From Raillietiella orientalis (Eukaryota): a stretch of 64,000 nucleotides of DNA. The translations under genes and the position numbers were made by a program. The first letter of the stretch is position 1; every line of letters starts with the position of its first letter. This document shows positions 13,500 to 25,931 of this stretch, in pieces. The notes under the pieces are model-generated. The model was not told the origin of the DNA. It saw nothing but the letters and a program-made list of their open reading frames with translations, and did no database searches. The stretch is taken from positions 2,046,001 to 2,110,000 of the forward strand of contig JAYWIR010000007.1 in NCBI GenBank assembly GCA_036172245.1, written 5' to 3'.

Positions 13500-14250
13500 C
13501 CTCATCTCTAAATGAGGAAGAATAGGCATCTCTGCTTGGTTCGTTAATGTTACCGAATTGGATGTTTCCAAACTCAACGGGAGCAAAGTCCGCGGGACCT
13601 CCGTATGAACGAGGAAATCTTCCCTCTTACTTTTTACCTTTCTAATGCACTGCTTCACAATTCACTGAAACCTCTTTTGTGAATTTCGGCAATGCATTCT
13701 GCTTGACTTTACTGCATTGGATAAGGCGTCTCCGTCCGATGGACCTTCCTGCACGTCTGAACAAACACACTTTGGATGATTCGGGTCCTCAAGATAGGCA
13801 CGCCTTTTCATCATCACACTTGAGGTTCTGACTGTGTATTCGTGTCTTCACCAAATCAAATGAGGAGAAAAGTTCCACTACTGGCGATTCACTCAGTGTA
13901 TCCAGAGGCAGATTTCTCAAACACATTGTATTTTAACGTTTGCATCAGATTATTCACAATGAAATTATGAAATGGAGATAGAACAGATCCGCCTTTGTCT
14001 CACCTTTATTCAGTTGTTGTATTGATTGTTGGGATCTGAATACAATGAAGATACGGATCTCAGTTCATCTCATTCGACAGCACCGTTTTGGGTCAGAGAA
14101 GAGCAAGTTTTTCCCTAATCTACAGGCTCTTGGTTCTGGACCTAGTATTCTCTGCTGCCGATTCCACCGGAACGTTTATACGAGGCTCATCCTCTCTTCG
14201 AGTTTCCCTCTTGGCCCATTTCTACGTTTTGAATTACTTTCAAATTATTG
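13500..14250 (-). mobile_element. Degenerate LTR retrotransposon (gypsy-like) integrase relic
   Basis: Minus-strand fragments RINVP and VHRTETPYP..*SQAE resemble the integrase patterns Rl.VP and H..s.PYhPqsNG.aE. Many stops. Confidence 0.35.
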
Positions 14251-16454
14251 CTTCTTTTCTGAAACCGATTCACTTCCTTTTCCTGGCCTTTTCTTTCTCT
14301 GACACTTACCCCCCCCCCCCCCCCCCCAATTGGGAGCACCTGAAGAGTTTTGTAAATCGAAGACATTCTGGTTCGTGATTTACATGAATTAGGATGGTAC
14401 TGTCAACGGAACACACGACCACGACATTCGTGCTCGCTGAAGAGTACACACCAACCAGAATTTCCCTGCGGACAATTCCACAAATAACGATGTTGTGAAT
14501 TTATTTTTTATCTTTGAATATGTCTTCGGATTTGTTTTGCAAAACATTTCTCCTTCCTAGTTGACTCTGTCGTTTTGGTTATAAAATAATTAACGTTTGT
14601 GCTGTCACAACTATACGTAATCATCGTTTTTCGTCAAAACTTGAAGTACATCGGGTGGCAACTGTTAGATATGGTCAAATAGTCTTACTTTTGTAGAAGC
14701 CCTTGCTGTCAGAACCCTTTCAATGTGGCATTATTAATGTTTGTATTTCACAAGTCATCGGGTTGTCTGATAAAGAGTTTGCTCTATCAATCATGTTTCC
14801 TATATATAATTTCAGTTACCTAACCACAAGTCTGAAATACATTGTTCCCTTGTCACAGAGCCACATCATTTCCCTCAACAGTTAGAGAGCAGAAAAACTT
14901 ATTTTTATCCAACTTTTTACAAAATAAAATCGAGAAAAAATCATGCCAATGAAAAGCGGCAAAAAGAAACGGTCCAGCCTAAGCTGCATGATGAGAGAGG
15001 TAAAATGCACTCTGCATGCACATGAATTAGAAACTTCAAAAAATGAAACATGCATGCCAGCTTGAAAATGATGAAAATAAAAGCCAACAAAACTGAATTT
15101 TTACCCAATCTGCACAATAGCACCGCTTTTTATATTCCATGTCTCAATTGAAGGATATGAAAAAATTTGATGTTCGATATTTTAATGAGATTTCATTTCT
15201 TTCTACATGTTGTTTATTATAGCACTTGACAATGCCTATGGATCGTCTCCTATGCTATTCGAAAACAGCTTGCTTTCGCATACTGTAAGATGAAATGATC
15301 CTTTCACTAACTATGCTTAATGCTTTAATCTAGTGAATTTCAGATCACAATTTAATAGGCATAACTTCTGGATGAAAGCTGAATTGCCGACATGCTACCC
15401 TGAAACTGATCACACTGTAAGACTACATGAAAAATACAAATGTGAAAAACTTGGTTTACAAGAACATTCTACAATTTTTCGTGTAACAAAGAGCCATGCC
15501 TAGTGCTAGTTATAAAAATCTTCACAACATGTAAAACCATAAACTTAATGAAACTCATTCAAAAAGAACTTGAATACTAACAATCAAAAATGTCACTTTC
15601 AATCAACTCACATCTTTCTGGTATTTACTCATTAAATTTGCAATACACAATAACACACTATTTTCAATACATTCACGACAATTCTACATATCCTATTGAC
15701 ATAGCAAAAGCTTGTGCGTTAGAATTCAATACACCATTTCTTGCAATATTCCCTCAACTGTCTGTGTCACACACACCATGGTACTTGGATATAAACCACT
15801 TCATACAAAACACGTATCTTGCACCATTTGCACTCCAAGAATACGAACAGGAGAAAACATTCTATTTGTACCCAATCCTAAGATTCCTCTGCTATTGGTA
15901 ACAAGAATTTCACTGCTTGCCATGCATTAAAGCAGTGTTTGAATTCAAATTCCAATTATTCAAAATTGGTTGCCTTATAATTTATTTCTCATGAAAAAAT
16001 CAAATTGGAAGAACCTCCAAATACTCAGTATCTTCTGAATTCCAATACTGAAAAAACAATCCGCGAATTATGTTACAAAACAAATAAGTACAGGCTCACT
16101 ACTTTGTTGAATAAAAACAGAATTGCAATTCTAAAATAAATTCACACAAAGCACATCACCCAATATCGAGATACTCACAATACAATTAGAAATCTTTCCT
16201 GTTCCTAAAATGAGCTTTAATATGTATAAATTACATATAGTAATTTATATTGCTATATGTATTAGTATTGTAATAATTATACTTAGAAACTGTTGTTCTA
16301 CCACACACATGATGACTGATCAAAAGGCAATTCTCTTCAAACTAGTTCTTAAAAAAAACCCAAATTTATCATAGGTTTGTAAGTTTTATTGGTGTCATCA
16401 CATATAACTCTAGAATATAATGAACCTTGGTTGAAATGTTGCTTTTATATAGCT

Positions 16455-18795
16455 TCATTCAAAACTGCGATGTTCAGTAACCATGGATACGGTTTCATGC
16501 TCAGATGCAGTGGTATTACTTGGATTTCCTTCTAGGGATGCAACACAATCCTGGATTACTTAATTATTACGAGCAGACTGTTGACTTAATGAATTTACTT
16601 TAGAATAAAGAACTGGTTCTGGTTCAGCTGTGTCCTCAAGATTTATGATGCCAAAAAATGTGGCCAATGATTCTCCCATTTGATCACATATGCCTAAAAG
16701 TTTGCCACCAACCTGATGCAAGACACATCCAATCCAAGGTATCCATGGAAGTTTCCTCTTGGGTGAAAAAAAAAAGGAAAACAATAAATTGGGGTCAGAG
16801 CAGATCAGAGAACTCAACTACATTCTCCCTTTCATAATACACTAAAATTCCTAACCCCAATTCACAAATTCCAATGTTTGTATCTTGCTCTCATGATTAA
16901 TCAGAACATGTTTTTGTATTTTCAGTCAAGTGCATTTCTTTCAGTAGGAACAAATATTCCCCAAATTATCTGATACTGTACTCAATCTTTTATACATGCC
17001 CATAGCATCATGTAAACATAAGAAAACTAGAATTACATGTACTGCAATTCCCTCTTTACAATTTAACATACAGTTGAAAAATTTATCAACAAATTTGAGA
17101 ACAATTTAATTTTATAAATTGTTCTCAAATACCCTAAAGGTATTTTCAACATCAAAAAACAAAAGGATTTTAAAAGTAACAATGAAACACCCACCCTACA
17201 CAATTTTTCAATATAATTAAAACAGAATTCACCAGCACCTTGCTCTACATACATCTCAATTATAAATGACATGATATTTTTTAAGTATTTTGTACTTCTC
17301 TTAATACTTACTTTTAGACTATTAACTATGTACATGCTTCAAAAAAACCTCTTCAAAATTTTCATTTATTCAGATGCATGCAATTGTTTACTCATAAAAT
17401 CTTATCACTTATCTAATCTTAAAAAAATCTGAATACTAAAACTTTGAAAATTAAAATCTAATTTGAATAAATTTAAGCATAGCATAGCATATGTTTTGAA
17501 GAATTCGCACAGACATTAATTATCTCTTCCATTCATAGACATAAGTTAGATGATGGTGGTGTTCCTGAGTTTGTAGAATTGCAAGTTCTATGTTATGTAA
17601 GAATTGCTTTTGTTACAGTAAGTACAAGGTAGTGTAGGATGCACACTAAAATTTGAGTTTAGGAGATATGTTGGATGTAACTTGTAGATGGGATTGAGTG
17701 GTGAATGGTAGTAGTTAAGGTAGGAGAGAGAGAGGTAAAAGTATGAAGAGAAAGGAGATGGAAATTGAAAGGGAAGATGGTCTAGAAGGAGTTTGTGGTT
17801 TATTTATTGGAAGGGTAGTGAAGGATGGGAGTCTAATATGATAATCAGCGAGGAACTTACTTTTTTGTTGTTTGTATATCGCTGATTTGATTATTGAGGA
17901 GTAATTAATTTTCTTAATAACGAGTAATTAAAGAATTATAATATGTATTGATGATTGTTTCATAAAAATTGTGGGGTATAGTGGTGTCATATTTAGTATA
18001 TTGTGATTTTGGTTGAATGTAAAATTGGTGGGATGTGACAGTGAAAGGTTGAATAAGGAAGGTTTTGATGTTGATTAGATGATTTTTAAATTTGTTGTTA
18101 GAATAGGTAACAGAATAGTTAAATAGAAAAAATTAGTTTAATAGAATATTTTGTTTAGTAAAGAGCATTTAAAATTTATATGGTTTGTATGAGTTGGTAA
18201 ATTTTGATTTTTCTTTTGAGTAGTTGGGTTTTCTTAGTAGGAAGTGATTGGGAAGCTGAAATGTTTTTAATTAAAAAGGTTGAATGTGTTGATAGTTATT
18301 CAAGGAGGATTTGGAATGTTAGTGGTGTTGCTAAGTGTAGCATTTGTGACTTTGGTTGAGTGTAAGATTTTAGGAGGGGTGCAATGACGTGAGGGGCCTA
18401 ATAAAGTGGGAGTTGGATGAATTCCTTTCACTTGATCAGAATTTTCATTTTAGAGATCTAGAAATTGTCAGTAAATGAAAGAATGAGAAAGAGAAAGTAG
18501 TTAACGTGGAAAAAAGATATGTAAATTTCTAGTATATGAAATTGTAGTACTCACTGTAGCAAATGAAAGATCAAAAGCCAATACACTATACCCAACTTCT
18601 AATTAAAAATAAAAGAAACATTAACATTGCATAGCATTAGTGCTAATTTATAAGAGAACTCACAAGATCTGTGGAAGTTCTCTCAATCTGAACAGGAATT
18701 TCCTCATCTGAACTATACTGTTCTAAGATACCATCACTGAAGTGAAGAATTTTTTTTGGAGCTTTTTTAATCCTGATATTCAATGATTTTTCATT
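16455..18795 (-). CDS. FAM177A1: FAM177-family protein; exons 18795-18664, 16757-16599, 16550-16455; first coding exon unresolved (candidate ATGs at 19003 and 19797)
   Basis: The spliced translation KKAPKKILHFSDGILEQYSSDEE...STDL|RKLPWIPW...LLGICDQMGESLATFFGI matches the FAM177 signature (ilHFsdG.lEeYStdEE; l.W.Pw; CD.lGE.lA.ffGI). GT-AG introns 16758..18663 (1906 nt) and 16551..16598 (48 nt) are both phase 0. Confidence 0.9.
17623..17687 (+). tRNA. trnQ: Mitochondrial-type tRNA-Gln(UUG) copy inside NUMT B
   Basis: Acceptor TACAAGG/ACTTGTA, D stem GTGT/GCAC, anticodon stem CTAAA/TTTAG with loop ATTTGAG, T arm TATGT/ATGTA. Confidence 0.85.
17715..17833 (-). pseudogene. Probable mitochondrial ND2 C-terminal fragment (NUMT B)
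   Basis: C/A-rich minus frame LPSFTTLPMNKPQTPSSPSSLSISISFLFMLLPLSLLP* (mitochondrial code) ends in TAA next to the tRNA cluster, where ND2 normally ends. Confidence 0.5.
18286..18423 (+). pseudogene. nad1: Mitochondrial ND1 N-terminal fragment (NUMT B)
   Basis: VLLSVAFVTLVECKILGGVQWREGPNKVGVG with TGA read as Trp matches the ND1 motif VAF.TL.ERKILG..Q.RKGPNKVG; the conserved R is replaced by C (CGT to TGT). Confidence 0.92.
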
Positions 18796-21549
18796 CTAAA
18801 ATGCAAAACGTCTGTAACAAACAACCCATTCACTGAAAAATATTTGAAACATGCAGCAAAAAATTTATAAAACAACAAAGAATTTTGATTACAAATAACA
18901 TATGTAATATGTTACATAATAGTGAACATTTATATTCCTTTAAAACTTCTTAACTTCTCCTTGTCGTACTTAGTTAAAATGGTAACTATACCTTGCAAAA
19001 CATGAGACATTGCAAAGATATCTAGGAACCATCTTTGATAATGTATGAACAATCTGAATAATCATACACACAACAAATAGTATTTGCGGTATTTATGATG
19101 CCCTTGCAATTGAAAGTCTCAAATTGCATACTTCCAGGAACTTGTGTGCATAATTAGCCAGGATTTCATAAACATTCTACTCTAATGAGAACATAAACAC
19201 ACAAAGAGCTTCTTGCTTCCATATTTACAATCAAGAATGTCAATTTTTGCAAACGGACTCACTTGGGCTTAAAAGTAATTGTGTTACAGTTTGCAGCTTT
19301 TTACAGTTCTATATATTAAAAAAATTGTATGCAAAGTATCAAATTGAACACTAAATGTCTTAGGTTCATTTGTGGAGGGCATACTTGGTAAAATTAAATT
19401 GCTGAACAATCAATAAATAAATATCAACTGCATAATGTATTATTTCTAGGAAAAGCGTCAAATGCAATTAGGCATAGTTTGGTGACGATTATTCAGAATT
19501 TTCTATGACTGCACCTTGCTCGATTTTGCAAAAAAATATAAACCATTATACAAAGCTAAACAACTGAGGTGATTCTTGGACATCTGTCCTTCAGCAATGG
19601 GCAGCATATATGTCCCATAAGACATATGATAATTTTCAACTAGGTATTTTTATGATCTATGTAAAAAACTGAATTCACAAAATATATTCTTACATCGTGG
19701 GCAATACATAACCTACGAATACGTACCGTACACATAAAGCTACATCATATACTTATGTTGTATAGCACCTTTCTTGTTTGTTTCGAAGATTCGACATGTA
19801 TTACCCATATATGATCCGAATTGAAATTTTGAAAAGAAATATATCTGTCTTTTGAAATATCATATATATATTTGCCACTTGCGTTTTCAATAATGAAGTG
19901 AACATCAATGGGTTTACGGTGTAACGAACATTCGGAATCTTCATGATTTGTACGTTTTTTGTGTGTGTGTTTTCCTACGGATGCTTTCCTCGCTAACGTC
20001 TGTTATGTTTTTGGCTAAATAATTGCACGCGTACAGGAGGTACAGGTGATTCCATGCCATGTTCACGTACACATGAACGATACAGCCGGTGAGCTCGCAA
20101 TTCGTACACGACTCGGATCCACACAGGAAATTTTGCGCTGTCCGAAAAGTGTACACATACCATCAAGTCCGTGAACGTTCCCCCCCCCCCCCCCGTATCT
20201 ATTACTAGTAATCACTCATGTGCGTATTTAACGTATACAAAATCTACAACCACTCACTTCCAGAAGTTCTGGATCTTTTAAATATCCCTTATTCATATGA
20301 TGACTAATGTTATGCAAGGAGTCACGTCCCGTCGATTGCACCAATCCTTATCTCCAGCAACATCCCACCTCGCGCTTCTGCTTAAATACCATGTAATGTA
20401 ACTTCGTGCTCCAAATTCATTTCACACTTTCGTTTCGCACGTTTCTTCCAAGAGTTCACATAATCTGTAATTTCTATTTAGAGCCTCAGATCTACGGCTC
20501 ACAACCGAGAACGATTCAAAACAAGAAAAACCGATGGCGCGAACGCACACATCCGTCCTGGGCAACCCTGCAAACAGCAAACCGAAGAAGAAAAAACACA
20601 AAAGAAATTTGCCCGTTGCCTTCGAATCTATCAATTCCGGGACACACTTCATCCAAACACGTGCTACGGTCACAGCAATTCGGCTCAACGCAGACAGATT
20701 GGAAGTTTTTTTTCGTTTTGGGTTTTGAAGTACACCTCTATTGCCACAAACTCGCGTGTCGTCACGTCAAGTGTGGCACTCTTTTCTTCGTAGCAGAATG
20801 TTGCAAAAAACAAAAATTCTTTCGTGTCCAATGCTTGTTTCTCGCATGCGTTTGCCCCTTTGATGCCATGCATTTGTGCAAAGATGCCGATCCATATACT
20901 TTCCCGTTGAAAACAGAAATTTCACTTTCAAAGCGCTCCGACGCCAGGTATGTACTTCAATCTTTTCCATGCTACTCTGTGAATTCTAGCAAGGAATAAT
21001 TTAGGATGTCTTATGTGGTGGTGCACCCTTGCTGCAATAATTTCAAAAGACTGACCACTGAGGTGTTTCTTCATCAACTCTTCACAGCTATTTTAACTAG
21101 CAGTTATGTATTCAAAAAAAATTTGAGGATTAACAAGGTGCTTTACGATTGAAATATTAAAAAAATGTAGAAGATACAACGACTGTGGAGTAGGAATTTG
21201 GCTCCTTCGAAGCGGCATAACAAGCTTATACATAAAAACTGATACATTAGCAAGTAAGCAATCCAATTTTATCCATCCGAATACACGGTTTCATAGACAG
21301 ATAACACAGCTGCTTCATTCTTCACCGATAATGCAGCAATCTATACGTCAATGTTGAGAGAATATGGAAATGTGATGTCCATGGCAAGATGGCTGATATG
21401 ATCCACAAATTATATAAAAGATCATCGAAATTAAAAGCCATCTCTCTATAAATAGAGAAATAGATTTTCGGTCTTTCAGCCGCGAACCAGAGAATTATAT
21501 TCGCATATGCAACGAAATCCCAGGAAAGCCATTTCGTTGTTTTGAGGTG

Positions 21550-23250
21550 ATACCTTAGAATTATTGGAGATGAACTTGAAAGTCACTTTTTCTTGTATTA
21601 ATAACATATCTGCATCTTCCTTTGTTTATTGAACAACAGAACACGAAGTATGTACATATTAACAATTTCCCTACAATTGCTAATATGACATAATTATTTG
21701 AGCTTCAAAAAGAATCTTTCATGACAAACATTAGAGAATGTTTCGTGACCTTTTTTGAATGTAGGCGACCAAACTCGCGGTAACGACATTAGGATAATGG
21801 ATGATGAGTTCAGAAACGAGTCGGGTGTTGGATAGATGGTCTTGTGATTCACCTCAGAATATCCAAGGATTTATTCTTATATTGTTGCCCTTTGCGTGAA
21901 CTCCGATGTGAAATTTGTTTTGAAGGAAAGATAGCAGTCGCTTAACATTAAGTTTTGCTATCTTCCTGGAGAAGAAGAATGAGTCAGAATTCATACTGTT
22001 GTAAGAAGTACTTTGACATTTTCTTCAAAGAAGAATCAACCAAAAACCATGAATCCCCTTTTTTCTATTTCTTTAAAGAAAGTCAAATTCTTGACAAAGT
22101 GTTATATCAAAGTGTTTATTCATCGATTATCATTGTCCATATTAGTGGAAACTTTTCATGAATTCTTTCTAGGAGTAATTTCTTTCCAGGATTTAACTAA
22201 CTGTTAATGTTCAATCAAACGCCACTTTGAAGTGCTCCACTGTTCAATACATATGAGAGATTGCATACATATAGAGATTGCATTGTATATCTGAAGACTG
22301 TTCTCTTTGGAACAAAAGTTCTTCCATAACTAATTTTCTCACTTCGGAAATCCTCTTATACTGTTGGGTACCTTGAAAAGCAGTATCATTTCGACATACA
22401 TCCTTAGTTGACGCTTTGATTCGTAGTCTTTCGTTTATATTCTTCTCAATATGAAAGCAAATCATGCACTGACACAAGGAAACCAATTCACTACGAAACT
22501 GCTATTTTATTTGAAAAAAGCTTTTTCATTCCTCTTTGTTTGGTTATGTGCACCAAATAAAAGAAACTCAGGTTCCACTTATTGTAGCTTTACTGTTTGT
22601 TAATGAATCAGTAAATATACTGGTTTATTAGTCACCTTTGTTTTCCCGTAGGTTAGTAATGTTTTAGTGCAATAACATGAAACTGAGAAACGATTAAGAA
22701 ACAGCAAGCATTTGAGAAAATGAGGTACAGAACACTAGAAAGGATGAATGTGATCAGTTCATAAAGTTAGCTCATCGGCCTAATCGAACAATATTGTTCA
22801 ATGATCTTGTATTCTTGTTAGCATATCTAGGGATACTGTGAAGGGAATCTGTAAAAACAGGGGTGCTCTTTGGGATAACTTTCGAGAAGAAAGTATCCGG
22901 TAATCCAATTTCAAGCAGATTACATATGCTTTCAATAAACATAACGTATCAAAGCGATGAAGTCTAGGAGGGCAGTAAATGAATTAGTGGAAGAGTATGT
23001 TGAAATATTAGCAAATACTGTTATCACTAAAAAATTAAGAAGCTATGCCATTCATCAAAGTAGCAGATCGGCAATTACATGAGCTCGAAACTACATGTCA
23101 TCTCAGATGGAACCTATAGAATTTTGGGTCCAATGCGTGGGTGGCTGTAAGAAACTGTTTAAACACTGTGGACCGTAAATCTTTGATTTCTATCAAAAAG
23201 TTTGTCCAATGCTACTACGTCCCTAGTATGAATAACGTTAGGGGAACATG
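21550..23250 (+). mobile_element. Highly degenerate hAT (Charlie/Buster-like) transposase relic; boundaries approximate
   Basis: Scattered plus-strand fragments in the expected order, including LAYLGI (cf. LAYL.DIF) at about 22820 and MEPIEFWVQ (dimerisation-domain-like) at about 23110. Confidence 0.35.
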
Positions 23251-24278
23251 CTAGTATTAGTATCTTAGACGGCTATTTGGAAGAGCAGCACGTTCAAATA
23301 TTTGAAATTTGCAGTGTAATGAAGCCATTTCCTAATAGCTGATAAACTTGTCTGGGGACCGTGGGTAGTATTAGCAGGATATGTCAAGCCCTCCGGCATG
23401 GTTAATGCTCTCACGTACTTAATTTTGAAGCATTGATCGTTTTGGAACACATCAAATGGAAAGCTTTGTCATCCAAAATAAGCAGATTAAAAGGCATAAT
23501 GTACAACTTGAAACTTTTTGATATTTGCATTAGTATTTAGAAGGGCTTGGAAAAAGTAATTTTTAGGTAACGTGCACGTGGATGATTAATATTCAAAGCA
23601 ATTGCATTGAATGCATTCAAGGTGCATTGAATAAATGGAGTCTTGCTCTTCCTAAGTAATGGCTTTCGATCGTTTCGTCATGACATTTTTGCCCACACTT
23701 ATGATAATCAAAATTTGACAAATAACTGCGAGTTAGTTACACTAAAAAACCAACTTGACTACCAAGTCTAGATAAGGTATTCTGCTTTACACGTAATGGG
23801 TCTCTTCAACCTGTCATTGATACCGCATTTTGTTACATGCATTTATATTCCCAACAAAAATGAAACAAAGTTTTGGTAAATCATTTATCATAGCATTCAA
23901 GCAATTATGTTTGCAATTATGTACTATCTTTTGCTCTAAATTTCCAAATGGCATAAATTTGTATGATTGTGAATTGTAAACTAATGAAAGGAACCGCAAT
24001 GCATGTACTACATCCACAGCAGTCCATTTATATCAATATGAATTTCCCAGTGTATTTTGACACAAAATTTTGTGAATATCATGCAGTTGGTTATTAGGGA
24101 TGCAAAGAAATTGCTGATCCTCAGAAGGATTCCATCAGCTGCTCTCCTTGCTGCTTGGAATACCCTCTGGAAGCTTGCAGTATTCTTAATAAATTCTTTG
24201 CATGAAAGAAAAAATGTGCTGTCAACTATTCATAAAAGTTCGCAGCCCATTGCAGTTGGCAACTATACAGTTCATGCA

Positions 24279-25931
24279 TCAACTAAATGTTTGTTCAACA
24301 GATTCTTCATGTGGAATTTCCAAAAAACTAAAAAATTGGATGGCTCGATAGACAGCACTGACAGGCAGATTATACAATGGATGAACCATATCCTGAAAGA
24401 CAAACAACACGCAACTGCAGATACCAATCAACTGATACTAACTAGTTCATTCATCCTCTCACTACCAAGAATGCAGGTGCTGTTGCAACAGGTACTTGTA
24501 AAATGCTGTGACAAACTCAAACCAGAAAGGCAATAATATGTGTGATAGAAATCTGGAGGTCTGAAAGACTTGCCTCCTTCCAAAGAGGTTTCATCGAAGC
24601 TTACTTGCCTGGTTTATCCAACAAGCCACCTTTAGCATGCTGGCAACACAAAAGCAAATATTCCTGCAGAGCTTCTTGGTGATATAACCAGTGAGTTGTA
24701 TCTTTGGACAGAGAATTCTCTGCCATGAAAACTGCTTGTAACATAGAAAAGCAACTTCCTTGCCAGAATGAATAACAACCATCAACAAGTTTGTTGGTTC
24801 GTCCATTAAACCCTCCTTCAAGATTCATTTGTCTGTTGACCAACCATTTCTGTGAATAAATTACAATTCTGTTCAATCTTATAGCTTGTGTCTACCAGTA
24901 GCATGTCTGTATCACAGAATTGAGACTTATTTAACAAGAATAGAGAAGCAAGGCAACAGTGTGTATAGCCTCCATGAGCCTCATTACCAGGACAAGCACC
25001 AAAGCCTCCTTCATAAGTCTGACATCTGCAAACAATAACATACACAGGACAAAGTTGTATTCACCTCAACAGGTATGCTGCACTGCTCTCAAAGAGTTTG
25101 TCCGTATAAACATTAGTTAGTTTGGCCACAGCCAGTGCACAGTAAATTCCTCTAACATCAATCTCTCCATCCAAATGCAAGGTAAAGCTACCATCTGGCT
25201 GTTTCATTGCATAGAGAAAATGTAACAAAGAAGACCTAAGCTTTCCTTAGACAACTAAAATCCTGATGTGAAAAATCTTACCTGTCCACAACCTTATAAG
25301 CATAATCAGTTTCCAAAGTCATCAGAGCACCAATAGCTGCATAAGTAGCAGCAAGGTGTGAAGCTTGACCTGGTCCTCCTCCAAATCCACCATCAGCATT
25401 TTGAAGTTTACCAATAAAATCTGCTATTCGAATTTGCAATTCCTCGGAAAGGGAGTATTCCAACAACTTAAGACTATTTAATAGCCAAAACACCATCCAC
25501 GCTCTACTTGAATCAAGTACCTTAAGGATTTAAAAACATAGCAAAGTATTAAAAAATTACTCTTTGTGTTTCCATAAGAAATTCAAGGTACCTGAAAACA
25601 TTAATGCTTTTACCTGATAATTAGTTCCTATATGATCTAGGTTTCTCAGTATATAATGCAAATGCTCCTTCCTCTTAAGCAAGAACTTATTAGAATCAGT
25701 TCCTTCAGATTTCCGGAGTGTTTCAAATATTGAAATAATCTTTTCCTCCACATTTTTCTAGAATTCAATTGGCAACTCAACATTCAAAAGCAAAAATCTC
25801 ACCTGTTCAATGGAAGTTTTTGTTGGTAAATTTTCATCGTCAAATCTATTATCTGTTATAACATGTCTCAAATCCCTTTTATATAAGTTTCTGACGCGAT
25901 CAGAACAATCACCAGTTGCTGTATCAGTCAT
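24279..25931 (-). CDS. FNTB: Protein farnesyltransferase subunit beta, 429 aa, 8 exons: 25931-25803, 25757-25614, 25520-25282, 25235-25065, 25025-24896, 24849-24605, 24560-24443, 24392-24279
   Basis: Motifs TSIEQ, LDSSRAWMVFW, GGFGGGPGQASHLAATYAA, GEIDVRG, CQTYEGG, EAHGGYT, RQM..EGGFNGRTNKLVDGCYSFWQ, GGLLDKPGK, DFYHT and HPLYN. Zinc ligands (D and C of DGCY, H of DFYHT) are intact. All seven introns are GT-AG and keep the frame (1290 nt total). Confidence 0.97.

Larger units (their letters stand above)
17561..18423 (+). pseudogene. NUMT B inside the FAM177 intron: trnC-like, trnQ, ND2 3' end (antisense), 12S 3' half, trnV remnant, 16S 5' fragment, ND1 5' end
   Basis: Strongly G+T-skewed block unlike its flanks. 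It has a foldable tRNA-Gln, a 12S-like GATAATCAGCGAGGAACTTACTT...GTTTGTATATCGC, and an ND1 N-terminus readable with TGA=Trp. The trnC and 16S assignments are weaker. Confidence 0.85.

Noticed and set aside
17560..17720. Minus-strand PCTYCNK read as a LINE zinc finger
   Set aside because: The same bases fold as mitochondrial tRNA-Gln and a tRNA-Cys-like arm on the plus strand, so the CxxC is coincidental.
17843..17887. 9-bp stem-loop AATCAGCGA/TCGCTGATT as a control-region replication origin
   Set aside because: The sequence matches the start of 12S rRNA domain III better.
19000..19620. P-element/THAP9-like fragment (KLCLIAFD) on the minus strand
   Set aside because: A single short motif, in a region that also carries plausible FAM177 5' splice sites; insufficient evidence.
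19950..21000. Possible LINE RT tail, and the 197-aa ORF 20406..20999
   Set aside because: Only vague motif similarity (AWNHL); neither a gene nor an element could be supported.
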